From an uncultured Gammaproteobacteria bacterium (lineage in GTDB: Bacteria > Patescibacteriota > Microgenomatia > Levybacterales > UBA12049), in NCBI GenBank assembly GCA_964523705.1, contig CAZFYA010000001.1, positions 121,420-185,419 on the forward strand: 64,000 nt of DNA, written 5' to 3'. Position numbers and translations under genes: made by a program. The notes below the pieces were generated by a model. The model did no database searches, was not told the DNA's origin, and saw nothing but the letters and a program-made list of their open reading frames with translations. Position 1 is the first letter of the stretch, and each line of letters opens with the position of its first letter. This document shows positions 30,337-39,722 of this stretch, in pieces.

Positions 30337-31542
30337 TTATAAGTTTATTCTTGTTTGCTCGGAGTTAAAATAAGAATTTTTTTTATATACCTTATTAAAA
30401 TAAACGTAATTAATTAATTTATACGAAAAGTCAAAGCTTATTCTTTTTCTATTATTGTCTCTAAAATTAGTCAAGAAAAAAGATAAATGTTCACTTCTTG
30501 CCTTGTTTAATTCATTATTAAAATAGTCAATAATCTTTCGTTGTGTTTGTATATCTAAATCTTTTTTGAACAGCAAATAGGCCATGTTTCGTGAAGTTTG
30601 TTTTCCTACTAATCCTGAAACTTCATATTTTCTGATGTCCTCAAGCATAATCTTATCTTTATTTTTTGTATCAATGGCCTTTAACAGAATTATATTCTTG
30701 CTTATTCTTTTAAATAAACTATCGTCTATTGTGTATTCATTAACCTCTTTTACGTGATTATAGGCTAATTTTATTTTATATTTTCCTTTTTTAAGCATGT
30801 CTTCTGTTAGTCTATAAATTCCAAGTATGTTTTTAACTTTTGAGATCTTATTATCAAACTCGCCACCCATTCTCCATCCATATTTTTTTTCTAGTTTTAA
30901 TTTAATTTCCTTTTTTTCTGGAAAAATCAATGCATCTATTTCATTTGTCTCGCTATCATCTTTTTTCAATTTATAATAAAAAGATATTACATTATATGTT
31001 GTATCCTCAAAAACTTTTTCATAAAAAATATTTAATTTTTCTATTTTAAATTTTTTAAAAAATAAATCTCTAATTTTCTTCGAATTTTTAGCAGACAAAA
31101 AATTTAGTGGCACTATCATAATTCCCTCTTCTGAATCAAGAACTGAATTTATAGAAACTTGGTATAAATCTTCAAAGCTACTGTTTAAGCCGGAAAAATA
31201 ATCAATTTTTGTTTTTTGGGAAGCTTTATTTTTGTGAAGATATGGCGGATTAGTTAATAAAAATTTGTATTTCTTAGGATATTTAATTCCATCATTTAAA
31301 AATACCTCTTTGTTATCAACTAAATTTTTAGCTATTTCGTATCCAACTATTGAAGAAGCACCATGTTTTTTTGCCCATTTTATTAGATCTCTATTTCCAG
31401 CAAAAGGATCTACTACTATTTTTCCCTTAATAAACTTACCTAAGCCAAATAAAACATAATCTGATTTTTTTGTAAAAAACTGACCTAATTGTCTTTTTTC
31501 ATCTTTTTTAAAATATGATTCTTTTAAGGCCTGTTTTTTCAT
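30337..31542 (-). CDS. N6-adenine DNA methyltransferase, gamma class
   Basis: Motif I VVDPFAGNRDL (about aa 45) then motif IV LLTNPPY (about aa 98), with a long C-terminal target-recognition region. Confidence 0.8.
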   Translation of the reverse strand: MKKQALKESYFKKDEKRQLGQFFTKKSDYVLFGLGKFIKGKIVVDPFAGNRDLIKWAKKHGASSIVGYEIAKNLVDNKEVFLNDGIKYPKKYKFLLTNPPYLHKNKASQKTKIDYFSGLNSSFEDLYQVSINSVLDSEEGIMIVPLNFLSAKNSKKIRDLFFKKFKIEKLNIFYEKVFEDTTYNVISFYYKLKKDDSETNEIDALIFPEKKEIKLKLEKKYGWRMGGEFDNKISKVKNILGIYRLTEDMLKKGKYKIKLAYNHVKEVNEYTIDDSLFKRISKNIILLKAIDTKNKDKIMLEDIRKYEVSGLVGKQTSRNMAYLLFKKDLDIQTQRKIIDYFNNELNKARSEHLSFFLTNFRDNNRKRISFDFSYKLINYVYFNKVYKKNSYFNSEQTRINL

Positions 31543-31620
31543 CTTAATTTCAAATTTATAATACCACTTTAATTAAATCTCGTAAAGAAATTTATTAAAT
31601 AATATAAAGAGGTTTTTGTA

Positions 31621-31689
31621 CTTAAAATCCAAATACTTCGAGGGCCTTGTAGATAAGAAAGGCGGGCCAGACTATTGCTTTAAGAATTC
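31621..31689. repeat. direct repeat copy 2 (intact; encodes the C-terminus ...GILKAIVWPAFLIYKALEVFGF*)
   Basis: About 88% identical to copy 1, with one 1-bp indel. Confidence 0.8.
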
Positions 31690-31873
31690 CTAGGACTCCT
31701 GCTCCAAAGGTTTCTGCATGTTGAATAAAGTAAATTGCTGCTCCGACAAATCCCAAACCATATACTGCACTTCCACCACCATGATTGTGGTTTTTGCAAA
31801 CATACTTTTTATAATCCTTTTTCTCTTTTTCTGCCATCAAAATGAATATATCACCTGTTTTTAGGCAATGCAA
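31622..31873 (-). CDS. small membrane protein (likely start at the internal Met, MAEKEKKD...)
   Basis: 83-aa ORF; hydrophobic GLGFVGAAIYF and WPAFLIY segments. Its 3' end is duplicated as the flanking repeat. Confidence 0.45.
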   Translation of the reverse strand: MHCLKTGDIFILMAEKEKKDYKKYVCKNHNHGGGSAVYGLGFVGAAIYFIQHAETFGAGVLGILKAIVWPAFLIYKALEVFGF

Positions 31874-31905
31874 ATAGTAAGCTTAATCGTGATATAATTT
31901 AGCTA

Positions 31906-33642
31906 ATGACAGCAAGAGAATTAATTGATATCTACATTTCTTTTTTTGAAAAAAGAGGACATAAAAGAATTCCTAACTCCCCTTTAGTTCCTGAAAACGA
32001 CCCAACTACCCTTTTTACCTCATCCGGAATGCAACCCTTAGTAAACTACCTTTTAGGAGAAGCTCATCCTTTAGGAAAAAGATTAGTTAATGTACAAAAT
32101 TGCTTTAGAGCACAAGACATTGATGAAGTTGGTGACAGCTCTCATACAACCTTTTTTAGAATGCTTGGAACTTGGTCTTTAGGAGATTATTTTAAAAAAG
32201 AAGAAATCCCCTGGTTTTGGGAATTTTTAACTAAAGAATTAAAACTACCAAAAGAAAAGCTATATATCTCAATTTTTAAAGGCTTTGAAAACATTCAAAG
32301 AGATACCTTGTCTGAAGAGATTTGGACAGAGATATTAAACATCGAAGGATTAAATCCAAAGGATAGAATTCTTGTTTATGGAACAGATAAGAATTGGTGG
32401 TCAAGATCCGGAGAACCAAAGAATATGCCAATTGGAGAAATTGGCGGACCGGACACTGAAGTATTTTATGATTTTGGAAATAACAATCTATTAGAAATTG
32501 GAAACGCTGTCTTTATTCAATACCAAAAGACAGATAGTGGTTTTAAAGAATTGCCACAAAAAAACGTCGACTTTGGTGGAGGAGTTGAAAGACTACTTGC
32601 CTCAATTGAGGGAAAAGATGATATTTTTCAAACCTCTTTATTTTCTCCAATAATTTTAGCAATTGAAAAGGAAACTAGTAAAAAATATGAGGAACATAAA
32701 AAAGAAATGAGAATAATTACAGATCATTTAGTAGCCTCTTGTTTTATCATTTCATCAAATATTAAACCTTCAAAAACAGAACACGGATATATTTTAAGAA
32801 GATTATTAAGACGCTCTTTTGATAATTTTAAAACTTTAGGTGGAAAAGATATAACTAAACTTTTAGAAGCAATAATTGAGCAATACAAAGAGACTGACCC
32901 CTTCTTGATCGAAAAATGGGGAGAAATAAAATTAACGGTTTTAGAAGAAGAAGGAGGATATAAAAAGACAATTGATGAAGCAGTAAAACTACTTCATAAA
33001 ACAAAAGATGACTCAACTTCTGAAGTTAGAGAAATATCAGCTAGTGAGGCATTTAAAATGTATTCAACCCATGGCCTATCCCCAACTCAAATTAGAAGCT
33101 TAGGCTTTGTCTTTGATGAAAAGGAATTCTCAAAGAAAATGGAAGAACACCAAAAGCTTTCTAAAAAAGGCGCTGAGAAAAGATTTAAGGGAGGACTTGC
33201 CGACTCCTCAAAAAAAACAATTGCCGGACATACAGCAACTCATTTGCTTCATATTGCTTTAAGAAATGTTTTAGGAGAAGAGGTATCACAGAAGGGCTCA
33301 AACATAACCGATGAAAGAGTTAGATTTGATTTTAACTATTCTGATAAATTAACAGATGAAGAGATTAAAGCGGTTGAAGATGAGGTAAATAAGATTATTA
33401 AACAAAACTTAAAAGTAACCTATGAGGTTTTAGCATTAGAAGAAGCAAAAAAAATAGGGGCTTTGGGTAGTTTTAGCAAGAAATATGAGGACAGGGTAAA
33501 AGTATATTCAGTTGGAGACTATTCTAAAGAAATCTGTGGTGGACCTCATGTTGATTTTACAGGAAAGTTAAAAAGCTTTAAGATAATAAAGCAGGAGAAT
33601 ATTGGCAAGGGCCTTAGAAGAATTTACGCAAAAGTCGATTAA
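31906..33642 (+). CDS. alaS: alanyl-tRNA synthetase, short form (catalytic + tRNA-recognition + editing domains, no C-Ala domain)
   Basis: 578 aa; N-terminal class II AlaRS core (FTSSGMQPLVNYL..., NCFRAQDIDEVGDSSHTTFFRMLG), editing-domain HTATHLLH and CGGPHV motifs. Ends right after the editing domain. Confidence 0.9.
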   Translation: MTARELIDIYISFFEKRGHKRIPNSPLVPENDPTTLFTSSGMQPLVNYLLGEAHPLGKRLVNVQNCFRAQDIDEVGDSSHTTFFRMLGTWSLGDYFKKEEIPWFWEFLTKELKLPKEKLYISIFKGFENIQRDTLSEEIWTEILNIEGLNPKDRILVYGTDKNWWSRSGEPKNMPIGEIGGPDTEVFYDFGNNNLLEIGNAVFIQYQKTDSGFKELPQKNVDFGGGVERLLASIEGKDDIFQTSLFSPIILAIEKETSKKYEEHKKEMRIITDHLVASCFIISSNIKPSKTEHGYILRRLLRRSFDNFKTLGGKDITKLLEAIIEQYKETDPFLIEKWGEIKLTVLEEEGGYKKTIDEAVKLLHKTKDDSTSEVREISASEAFKMYSTHGLSPTQIRSLGFVFDEKEFSKKMEEHQKLSKKGAEKRFKGGLADSSKKTIAGHTATHLLHIALRNVLGEEVSQKGSNITDERVRFDFNYSDKLTDEEIKAVEDEVNKIIKQNLKVTYEVLALEEAKKIGALGSFSKKYEDRVKVYSVGDYSKEICGGPHVDFTGKLKSFKIIKQENIGKGLRRIYAKVD

Positions 33643-33648
33643 AAAATT

Positions 33649-36078
33649 ATGAAACTTCCGTTTTCAAAAATGTTTGAAAAAAAAGAAAAGCCAGAGTTTT
33701 ATTTAGCGTTTTTACTTCGCCATGAAAAAGCAATTGCTGTAATCTTTGAACAGACAGGAACAGCAGCTAAAGTTGTTGGTGAGGGGGAAGCATCTTTTGA
33801 AAAAAATATTGAAGAGGCTACTTTTGAAGAACTACTTAGTGTTTCAGATAAAGCAATTTCAAAAGCAGAGGAGAATGTTCCGGAAGACAGTAGTACTTTA
33901 AAAACACTCTTTGGTTTAAAAGAAGGTTGGATAGCAGAAGATAAGATAAAAAAAGAGTATCTTGAAAGACTTAAAAAAATTAGTGACGAATTAGGCCTTT
34001 CTCCAATTGGCTTTATAACTATAACTGAGGCAATTACTGACTTTTTAAAAAAAGAAGAAGGAATTCCCCTATCTGCAATTTTAGCTGAAGTTGGAAAAGC
34101 TTATGTTTCAGTATCTTTGGTTAAGGCCGGGAAAATTTTAGAGACAAAATCATCTGAAATTCATGAAAACCCTGCCTTTACCACTGATGTACTTCTTAAA
34201 CATTTAGAAATACCAGATGTACTCCCATCAAAAGTAATTTTATACAACGGAGAAGATGAAGACTTATCGCAAAAATTTATCCATCATAAATGGAGCAAAG
34301 CTCTTCCCTTTTTACATCTCCCACAAATTATTTCTCTTCCTAAAGGCTTTGATGCCAAAGCAATCTTGCAGGGTGCAGCAAGCAAGATGGGTTTTGAAAT
34401 AATATCTGAAGGTCCTCTTAAAAGTACAGAAGAAAAAGAGGAACTTCCCTCTTTTGAAAAAATGGAATATAAAGATGAAGCATCTCCTAAAAAAGACGAA
34501 GAAGAAAAAAAAGAAGAGAGTGAGGAAAAAGAAGAGGAGAAAGAAGGAGAAGAGAAAGAGGAAGAAATAAACTTTGTTGAAAATGAAGATTCAATTGAAA
34601 AATTCGGCTTTATTGAAAATGAAGACGTAGTAAACATACCTCCTGCTAAAAAGGGACTTGAAAAAGAGGAAGAAGAAAAAGAAAAGGAAGAATTAAAAGA
34701 AGAAGACAAGGATAAAAAAGAAGAACAAAAAGAAAGTAAAGAAGAATTAAAAATCCACCAAGCTCCCCTAACCGCAGTTGAGCAACATGATGAAGAAGAT
34801 GAAGAAGAATATGGTATTGAAAGAAAAAGAGGAAAAAATATTTTTACAAAAATACTTACTGTTATTCCTCTTTTCTTTTCCTCTATTTTTAAAAAATTAA
34901 GACTTCCCGGAAATAAAGGAGCACTACTTTTGTTAAGAAATAAATTTATTGCAATTCCCCTTTTAGTAATCCTTGCCATTATTGCAGTTTATGTAATTTC
35001 TTTCTTCACTTTAAAAACAGAAGTAGTTTTAACGTTAAATCCAAAACTTGAGGAGGAAAAACAAGATGTTACTTTTTCAGCAGAAACAACAGACGTTGAT
35101 GAAAAAATAATTTTTGGTAAGTTTATTGAAGCCTCTCTTAAAGATTCAGTCTCAACCTCAACAACCGGTAAAAAAGAAACCGGAGAAAAAGCAAAAGGAG
35201 AAGTAACTTTTTTCAGTCGTTTTACTTCTAAAAAAACAATTGCTAAGGGAACTGTACTTACTTCATCAAATGATATTGATTTTACTCTTGATGAAGATGT
35301 TTCAGTTGCATCTTCATCTGCTGATGCCAGTGAAGACCCGGCAACTGCTAAGGGAAAAGTAACTGCTAAAAATATTGGTAAGGAAAGTAATCTTCCATCA
35401 GGTGCTAAATTTTCAGTTGGCAATTTATCCCCGGGAGATATTATTGCCAAAAACGAAAGTGCATTTTCAGGCGGAACTAAAAAAGAAATAACCGTAGTAG
35501 CAGAAGAAGACAGTGAAAAACTACTAACAGAAATTGTTGAAAAACTGAAAGAAGAGGCATTAGAAGAATTAACTAAAAAAATTAATAGCGAAAAAGAGGT
35601 TTTACTTCCGGTTGTAATTTCATCTGAAGTTGATGAAGAAAACTTTGATAAGGAAGTTGGAGATGAGTCTTCAAAGCTTAATCTTGAAGCAACGGTTCTT
35701 TTTCAGGGACTATCCTATTCAAAAGAAGATTTATTATCTTTTACCAAATCTCTTCTTGATAAAGAGCTTTTAGGAAAAATGGAAATAGATGAAAAAAACA
35801 TTAAAGTGGATGTTGAAGACATTAAAGAAAAAGATGAAGATAGCGACACTGTTTCTGCAACTTTAAAGATTAAAGCTCCTCTTTTACCAAGTCTTAAAAA
35901 AGAAGAACTTGCTAAAAACATCAGCGGTAAATCAAAAGAAGAAGCAAAAAATATGCTTTTAGACATTTCTCAAGTTGTTGATGTAGATATTAATCCTTCT
36001 CTTCCTCTTCCGTTTCTAACCAACTATCTGCCCAAGTTTTCCAATAATATAGAAATTGTCACCAAAGTTAATGAGTAA
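33649..36078 (+). CDS. large bitopic membrane protein: cytoplasmic domain with possible actin-like (PilM/FtsA-like) fold, E/K-rich low-complexity linker, one TM helix, ~370-aa extracytoplasmic domain
   Basis: 809 aa. N-terminal segments (AIAVIFEQTGTAAKVVGEG; LSPIGFITITEAITD...LAEVGKAYVSVSLVKAGKI) resemble the phosphate-1 and phosphate-2 regions of PilM/FtsA. TM helix IAIPLLVILAIIAVYVISFF. Starts 6 nt after alaS and overlaps the sortase gene by 23 nt. Confidence 0.4.
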   Translation: MKLPFSKMFEKKEKPEFYLAFLLRHEKAIAVIFEQTGTAAKVVGEGEASFEKNIEEATFEELLSVSDKAISKAEENVPEDSSTLKTLFGLKEGWIAEDKIKKEYLERLKKISDELGLSPIGFITITEAITDFLKKEEGIPLSAILAEVGKAYVSVSLVKAGKILETKSSEIHENPAFTTDVLLKHLEIPDVLPSKVILYNGEDEDLSQKFIHHKWSKALPFLHLPQIISLPKGFDAKAILQGAASKMGFEIISEGPLKSTEEKEELPSFEKMEYKDEASPKKDEEEKKEESEEKEEEKEGEEKEEEINFVENEDSIEKFGFIENEDVVNIPPAKKGLEKEEEEKEKEELKEEDKDKKEEQKESKEELKIHQAPLTAVEQHDEEDEEEYGIERKRGKNIFTKILTVIPLFFSSIFKKLRLPGNKGALLLLRNKFIAIPLLVILAIIAVYVISFFTLKTEVVLTLNPKLEEEKQDVTFSAETTDVDEKIIFGKFIEASLKDSVSTSTTGKKETGEKAKGEVTFFSRFTSKKTIAKGTVLTSSNDIDFTLDEDVSVASSSADASEDPATAKGKVTAKNIGKESNLPSGAKFSVGNLSPGDIIAKNESAFSGGTKKEITVVAEEDSEKLLTEIVEKLKEEALEELTKKINSEKEVLLPVVISSEVDEENFDKEVGDESSKLNLEATVLFQGLSYSKEDLLSFTKSLLDKELLGKMEIDEKNIKVDVEDIKEKDEDSDTVSATLKIKAPLLPSLKKEELAKNISGKSKEEAKNMLLDISQVVDVDINPSLPLPFLTNYLPKFSNNIEIVTKVNE

Positions 36079-36808
36079 AAAATACTACCGAAAGCAAAGG
36101 TTTTTTAAAAAAGGTATTAATGTTTTTAAAACATTAAGTGTTTTAATAGTACTTCTTGGCATTTTTATTTTAATTTATGTATTTTTCCCTTTTATTTCCT
36201 GGCAAATATATTTTGCCCCTGTTTTTGCAAGCCAAAACATTGCCTCACCAATTCCTAAGGTAAATATTGTGAGCAATCAAACAATTAACAGTTTATTAAC
36301 TGAAGCATCACATAATTTAACCGGCGTTAATTATCAAAATGCTCAAAACTGGTTTCCAACCTATAATCCAAATATTAAAGATGATGAGCGAAAAATTGAT
36401 AGTTATACAATTTCTATTCCAAAGCTTAATTTAAAAGATTTAGTAGTTTCAACTAATGATTATGACTTAAGTAAGCACTTGGTAAATTATCAGGGAACAG
36501 CAATTCCACCAAGTAAAGGGAATGCCGTTATTTTTGGACATTCAACTCTTCCCCAGTTATATAATCCAAAAGATTATAAAACAGTTTTTGCCAATGCCTA
36601 TAAATTAGAAGTTGGAGATGAAATTAAAGTAACAGTTGAAAACATAACCTACAGTTATAAAATTATTAATACCATTGTTACAGACCCTGAGGATACTTCA
36701 ATTTTTGAGCAAAACTATTCTGATAGTTATTTAAGCTTAGTTACCTGTACGCCACCCGGAACAACCTGGAAAAGATTAATTATTAAAGCAATGATACAAA
36801 AATTATGA
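36056..36808 (+). CDS. sortase family transpeptidase (sortase 1)
   Basis: N-terminal TM anchor; catalytic His (NAVIFGHST), Cys (LSLVTCTPPG, the TLxTC motif) and Arg (WKRLIIKA). Confidence 0.85.
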   Translation: MSPKLMSKKYYRKQRFFKKGINVFKTLSVLIVLLGIFILIYVFFPFISWQIYFAPVFASQNIASPIPKVNIVSNQTINSLLTEASHNLTGVNYQNAQNWFPTYNPNIKDDERKIDSYTISIPKLNLKDLVVSTNDYDLSKHLVNYQGTAIPPSKGNAVIFGHSTLPQLYNPKDYKTVFANAYKLEVGDEIKVTVENITYSYKIINTIVTDPEDTSIFEQNYSDSYLSLVTCTPPGTTWKRLIIKAMIQKL

Positions 36809-36951
36809 GAGAAGAAAATAAATTCATAACTTTTTTAAAACAAATCGCACCGTTTGTCTATCGGGCAATTTACACTGTTTTGTATTTTCTTTTAAAATCA
36901 ATAAAATCAATTATAAAAATGATAATTGAGCAAGTAAAAGGAGGATATTAA

Positions 36952-38226
36952 ATGACCCAAGAAGCTTTAGCGCTAAGCGCAATTAGAAAAAAATTAATTG
37001 GTAAAAGACTAAATTATAAGGAAATTTTTGCCATTATGGATGAAATGGCACATGAAAGGCTTAGTCCTGTTTTAACTACCTATTTTGCAGCTTCAGGTTA
37101 TTCAAAAGGCTTTACCAGTAAAGAACTATACTATTTAACTAAAGCCATGGTTGAAACAGGAGAAAAACTTGATTTTAAAGGAATTGTTGCTGATAAACAT
37201 TCAATTGGCGGAGTCCCAGGAACCAGAACAACTCTAATTGTAGTTCCAATTGTTGCCGCTGCCGGATTTAAAATTCCTAAAAGTTCATCAAGAGCAATTA
37301 CAACACCAGGTGGAACAGCTGATGACATGGAGGTTTTAGCACCGGTTGAATTAACAATTGAAAAAATCTACAAAATTGTTAGAAAAACCAATGGCTGTAT
37401 TGTCTGGGGAGGAAGTTTTAATTTAGCTCCGGCAGATGATATTTTAATCAGGGTTGAAAAACCGCTTCTTTTTGAAAGCTATGATAAGATTTTAGTTTCA
37501 ATAATGGCAAAAAAAATTGCCTTTGGTTCAAACCATGTAGTAATTGATCTTCCCTATGGAGACATGGTAAAGGTAGAAAATTTAAAAGACGCTGAAATCT
37601 TAAAAGATAGATTTATGGATCTTGCCAAAAGATTTAAGATAAAAATAAAAGTATTAATCCACAAAACCGATCAGCCGGCAGGACGAGGAATTGGACCGAT
37701 TTTAGAAGTAAAAGAATCACTTAAGGTTTTACAGCAGAAAAAAGATAGGCCCCTAGATTTAGAAATTAGAAGCATTAATCTTGCCGGATCACTTTTAGAC
37801 CTTTGCTTAAAAGACGCTCCTAAAAAAACCCAAGTTGATGTTAAGAAAAAATACGGAAATGGTTTTGGTTTTGCAACCGAACTTTTAAAAAGCGGTAAGG
37901 CTTTTAAAAAATTTGAAGAGATTGTTAAAGCCCAGGGAGGAAAAAAAGCGGTTGATGCTGAAAAATTAAAACCTGGGAAACACCTTTTTCATATTAAAGC
38001 ACAAAAAAAAGGAATAATAAAAAGAATTAATAGTAAAAACATTACCTATATTGTTAAAATCTTAGGTGCTCCTACTCAAAAAGGGGCAGGAATTTACTTA
38101 AATAAAAAAATTGGTGAAAAAGTTGAAAAAGGAGAAATAGTCTATACAATATACAGTGAAAGCATGTATAATCTTAAAGAAGGAAAAGAGTCTGTCAAAA
38201 ACTTTCCTGTTGAGACAATAGAATGA
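36952..38226 (+). CDS. thymidine phosphorylase / AMP phosphorylase family protein
   Basis: 424 aa; DKHSIGGVPGTRTTLIVVPIVAAAG and TTPGGTADDMEVL match the DeoA-family phosphate and nucleoside-binding motifs. SD AAGGAGGA 7 nt upstream. Confidence 0.75.
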   Translation: MTQEALALSAIRKKLIGKRLNYKEIFAIMDEMAHERLSPVLTTYFAASGYSKGFTSKELYYLTKAMVETGEKLDFKGIVADKHSIGGVPGTRTTLIVVPIVAAAGFKIPKSSSRAITTPGGTADDMEVLAPVELTIEKIYKIVRKTNGCIVWGGSFNLAPADDILIRVEKPLLFESYDKILVSIMAKKIAFGSNHVVIDLPYGDMVKVENLKDAEILKDRFMDLAKRFKIKIKVLIHKTDQPAGRGIGPILEVKESLKVLQQKKDRPLDLEIRSINLAGSLLDLCLKDAPKKTQVDVKKKYGNGFGFATELLKSGKAFKKFEEIVKAQGGKKAVDAEKLKPGKHLFHIKAQKKGIIKRINSKNITYIVKILGAPTQKGAGIYLNKKIGEKVEKGEIVYTIYSESMYNLKEGKESVKNFPVETIE

Positions 38227-39182
38227 AGAGAATTTTAATTTTAATTGTATTAATAGCAGTTATTGCCGGAGGACTTGCTTCTTGGTGGAGAAACGGATTA
38301 GCTTCTGTTAATAAACAAGATAATACCGCAAAAATCTTTGTCATCGAAAAAGGAGCAGGTTTAAGGGAAATTGCTAATAATTTAAAAACAGAGGGTTTAA
38401 TAAGAGATGCCACTGTTTTTTTTCTTCTTACCAAGCAATTAAATTACGATAAAAAAATTGAAGCCGGCTCATTTAGGCTTAATCCCTCTATGACAACTGA
38501 AGAGATTATAAAAGCTCTAACTCATGGAACTTTAGATATTTGGGTTACAATTCCTGAGGGTAAAAGAGCAGATGAAATTGCTGATATATTTAAAGAAACT
38601 CTTCCTACCTTTGATGAATCATGGAGAACATCTCTTAAGGCAAAAGAGGGTTATTTATTTCCGGACACTTACCTTTTTGCCAGGGAATCAACTATTGATC
38701 AAATAATTGAAAAAATGACAGAAAACTTTGAAGTAAAATACCAGGAGCTTTCAGGACCAAGCCTTAAAAGCTTTACCAAAGATGAAATAGTTACTATTGC
38801 CTCTATGGTTGAGCGGGAGGCAAGACATGATAGCGATAGAGCTTTAGTTGCTTCAGTTATCTTAAACCGCTTAGAAATTGGCATGGCTCTTCAAATAGAT
38901 GCTACTGTTCAATATGCACTTGGATTTCAGGAAGATGAAAACAGATGGTGGAAAAAAAGCTTAACCTCAACTGATTTAAAACTTAATTCCCCATATAATA
39001 CATATAAAAATGCCGGGCTTCCTCCAACACCAATTGCAAATCCCGGGTTTTTAGCGCTTGAAGCGGTTGTAAATCCAGCAAACACTAATTACCTCTATTA
39101 TCTTTCAGATAAAGATGGTAATAATCATTACGCAGAAACTCTTGAGGAACATAACGCCAACAGGCAAAAATACGGAATTTAA
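38223..39182 (+). CDS. mltG: endolytic murein transglycosylase MltG (YceG-like)
   Basis: N-terminal TM, then YceG motifs (YLFPDTYLF, MVEREAR, NSPYNTYKNAGLPPTPIANPG). Confidence 0.85.
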   Translation: MKRILILIVLIAVIAGGLASWWRNGLASVNKQDNTAKIFVIEKGAGLREIANNLKTEGLIRDATVFFLLTKQLNYDKKIEAGSFRLNPSMTTEEIIKALTHGTLDIWVTIPEGKRADEIADIFKETLPTFDESWRTSLKAKEGYLFPDTYLFARESTIDQIIEKMTENFEVKYQELSGPSLKSFTKDEIVTIASMVEREARHDSDRALVASVILNRLEIGMALQIDATVQYALGFQEDENRWWKKSLTSTDLKLNSPYNTYKNAGLPPTPIANPGFLALEAVVNPANTNYLYYLSDKDGNNHYAETLEEHNANRQKYGI

Positions 39183-39664
39183 CCCTTAAAAAATATTCTT
39201 GCTTCTCCAATATAAGCTGAATTTTCTCTTGATCCAATAATCAATTGCTCATCTTTCTCTTCTACTCTAACAAGGGCATCTAATTCCGGTAAGCAAAAAC
39301 TTGCTTTATCAACCTTTATTATTATTTCTCCGTTTTCTAAGCCTATTTCTTCCAGTTTTCCCATGTGGTAATTTCCTAAAGGAGATACGGTTTCAACCCA
39401 ATTTCCCCTTAGTATACCTTGATGCTCCATTATAAACCCAATAACTCCATTACAAGCAGCTCCTTTTTCTTTGCTTTCTAGGCTCTCTTTATCACTTGTT
39501 ATATCCGCTAATTCTCTTAATGGTCCGTATTTTTGACAAGTATGATTATTGCCTTCTTTTTGAAGATACATACAGCTTTTACCATTGCTAAGCTTGCATT
39601 GTTTATTTACATATCGTTCCGATGGAAAAATAGAAAAAATAAATTGCTCTGCGCTTTTTGGCAT
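39179..39664 (-). CDS. hypothetical Cys-containing protein
   Basis: 161-aa ORF; Cys-rich N-terminus (CKLSNGKSCMYLQKEGNNHTCQKYG); no confident family. Confidence 0.4.
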   Translation of the reverse strand: MPKSAEQFIFSIFPSERYVNKQCKLSNGKSCMYLQKEGNNHTCQKYGPLRELADITSDKESLESKEKGAACNGVIGFIMEHQGILRGNWVETVSPLGNYHMGKLEEIGLENGEIIIKVDKASFCLPELDALVRVEEKDEQLIIGSRENSAYIGEARIFFKG

Positions 39665-39722
39665 AAATTAAATATATTAGAGGCAGTTGCAATATTATAT
39701 TCCCTAAGGTTTTTTTGTCAAG

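Larger units (their letters stand above)
29481..31689 (-). mobile_element. R-M gene pair bracketed by ~68-bp imperfect direct repeats (putative mobile R-M insertion with long target duplication)
   Basis: The repeats flank exactly the MTase and REase genes. Copy 2 is the intact 3' end of the 83-aa gene; copy 1 is frameshifted. Confidence 0.5.

Noticed and set aside
34284-35450. Long antisense ORFs (231 aa and 153 aa, Ser/Phe/Leu-rich) opposite the 809-aa membrane-protein gene
   Set aside because: They are the mirror image of the E/K/S-rich low-complexity coding sequence (GAA/AAG repeats read as TTC/CTT) and have no independent start context or domain. They are artefacts of composition.
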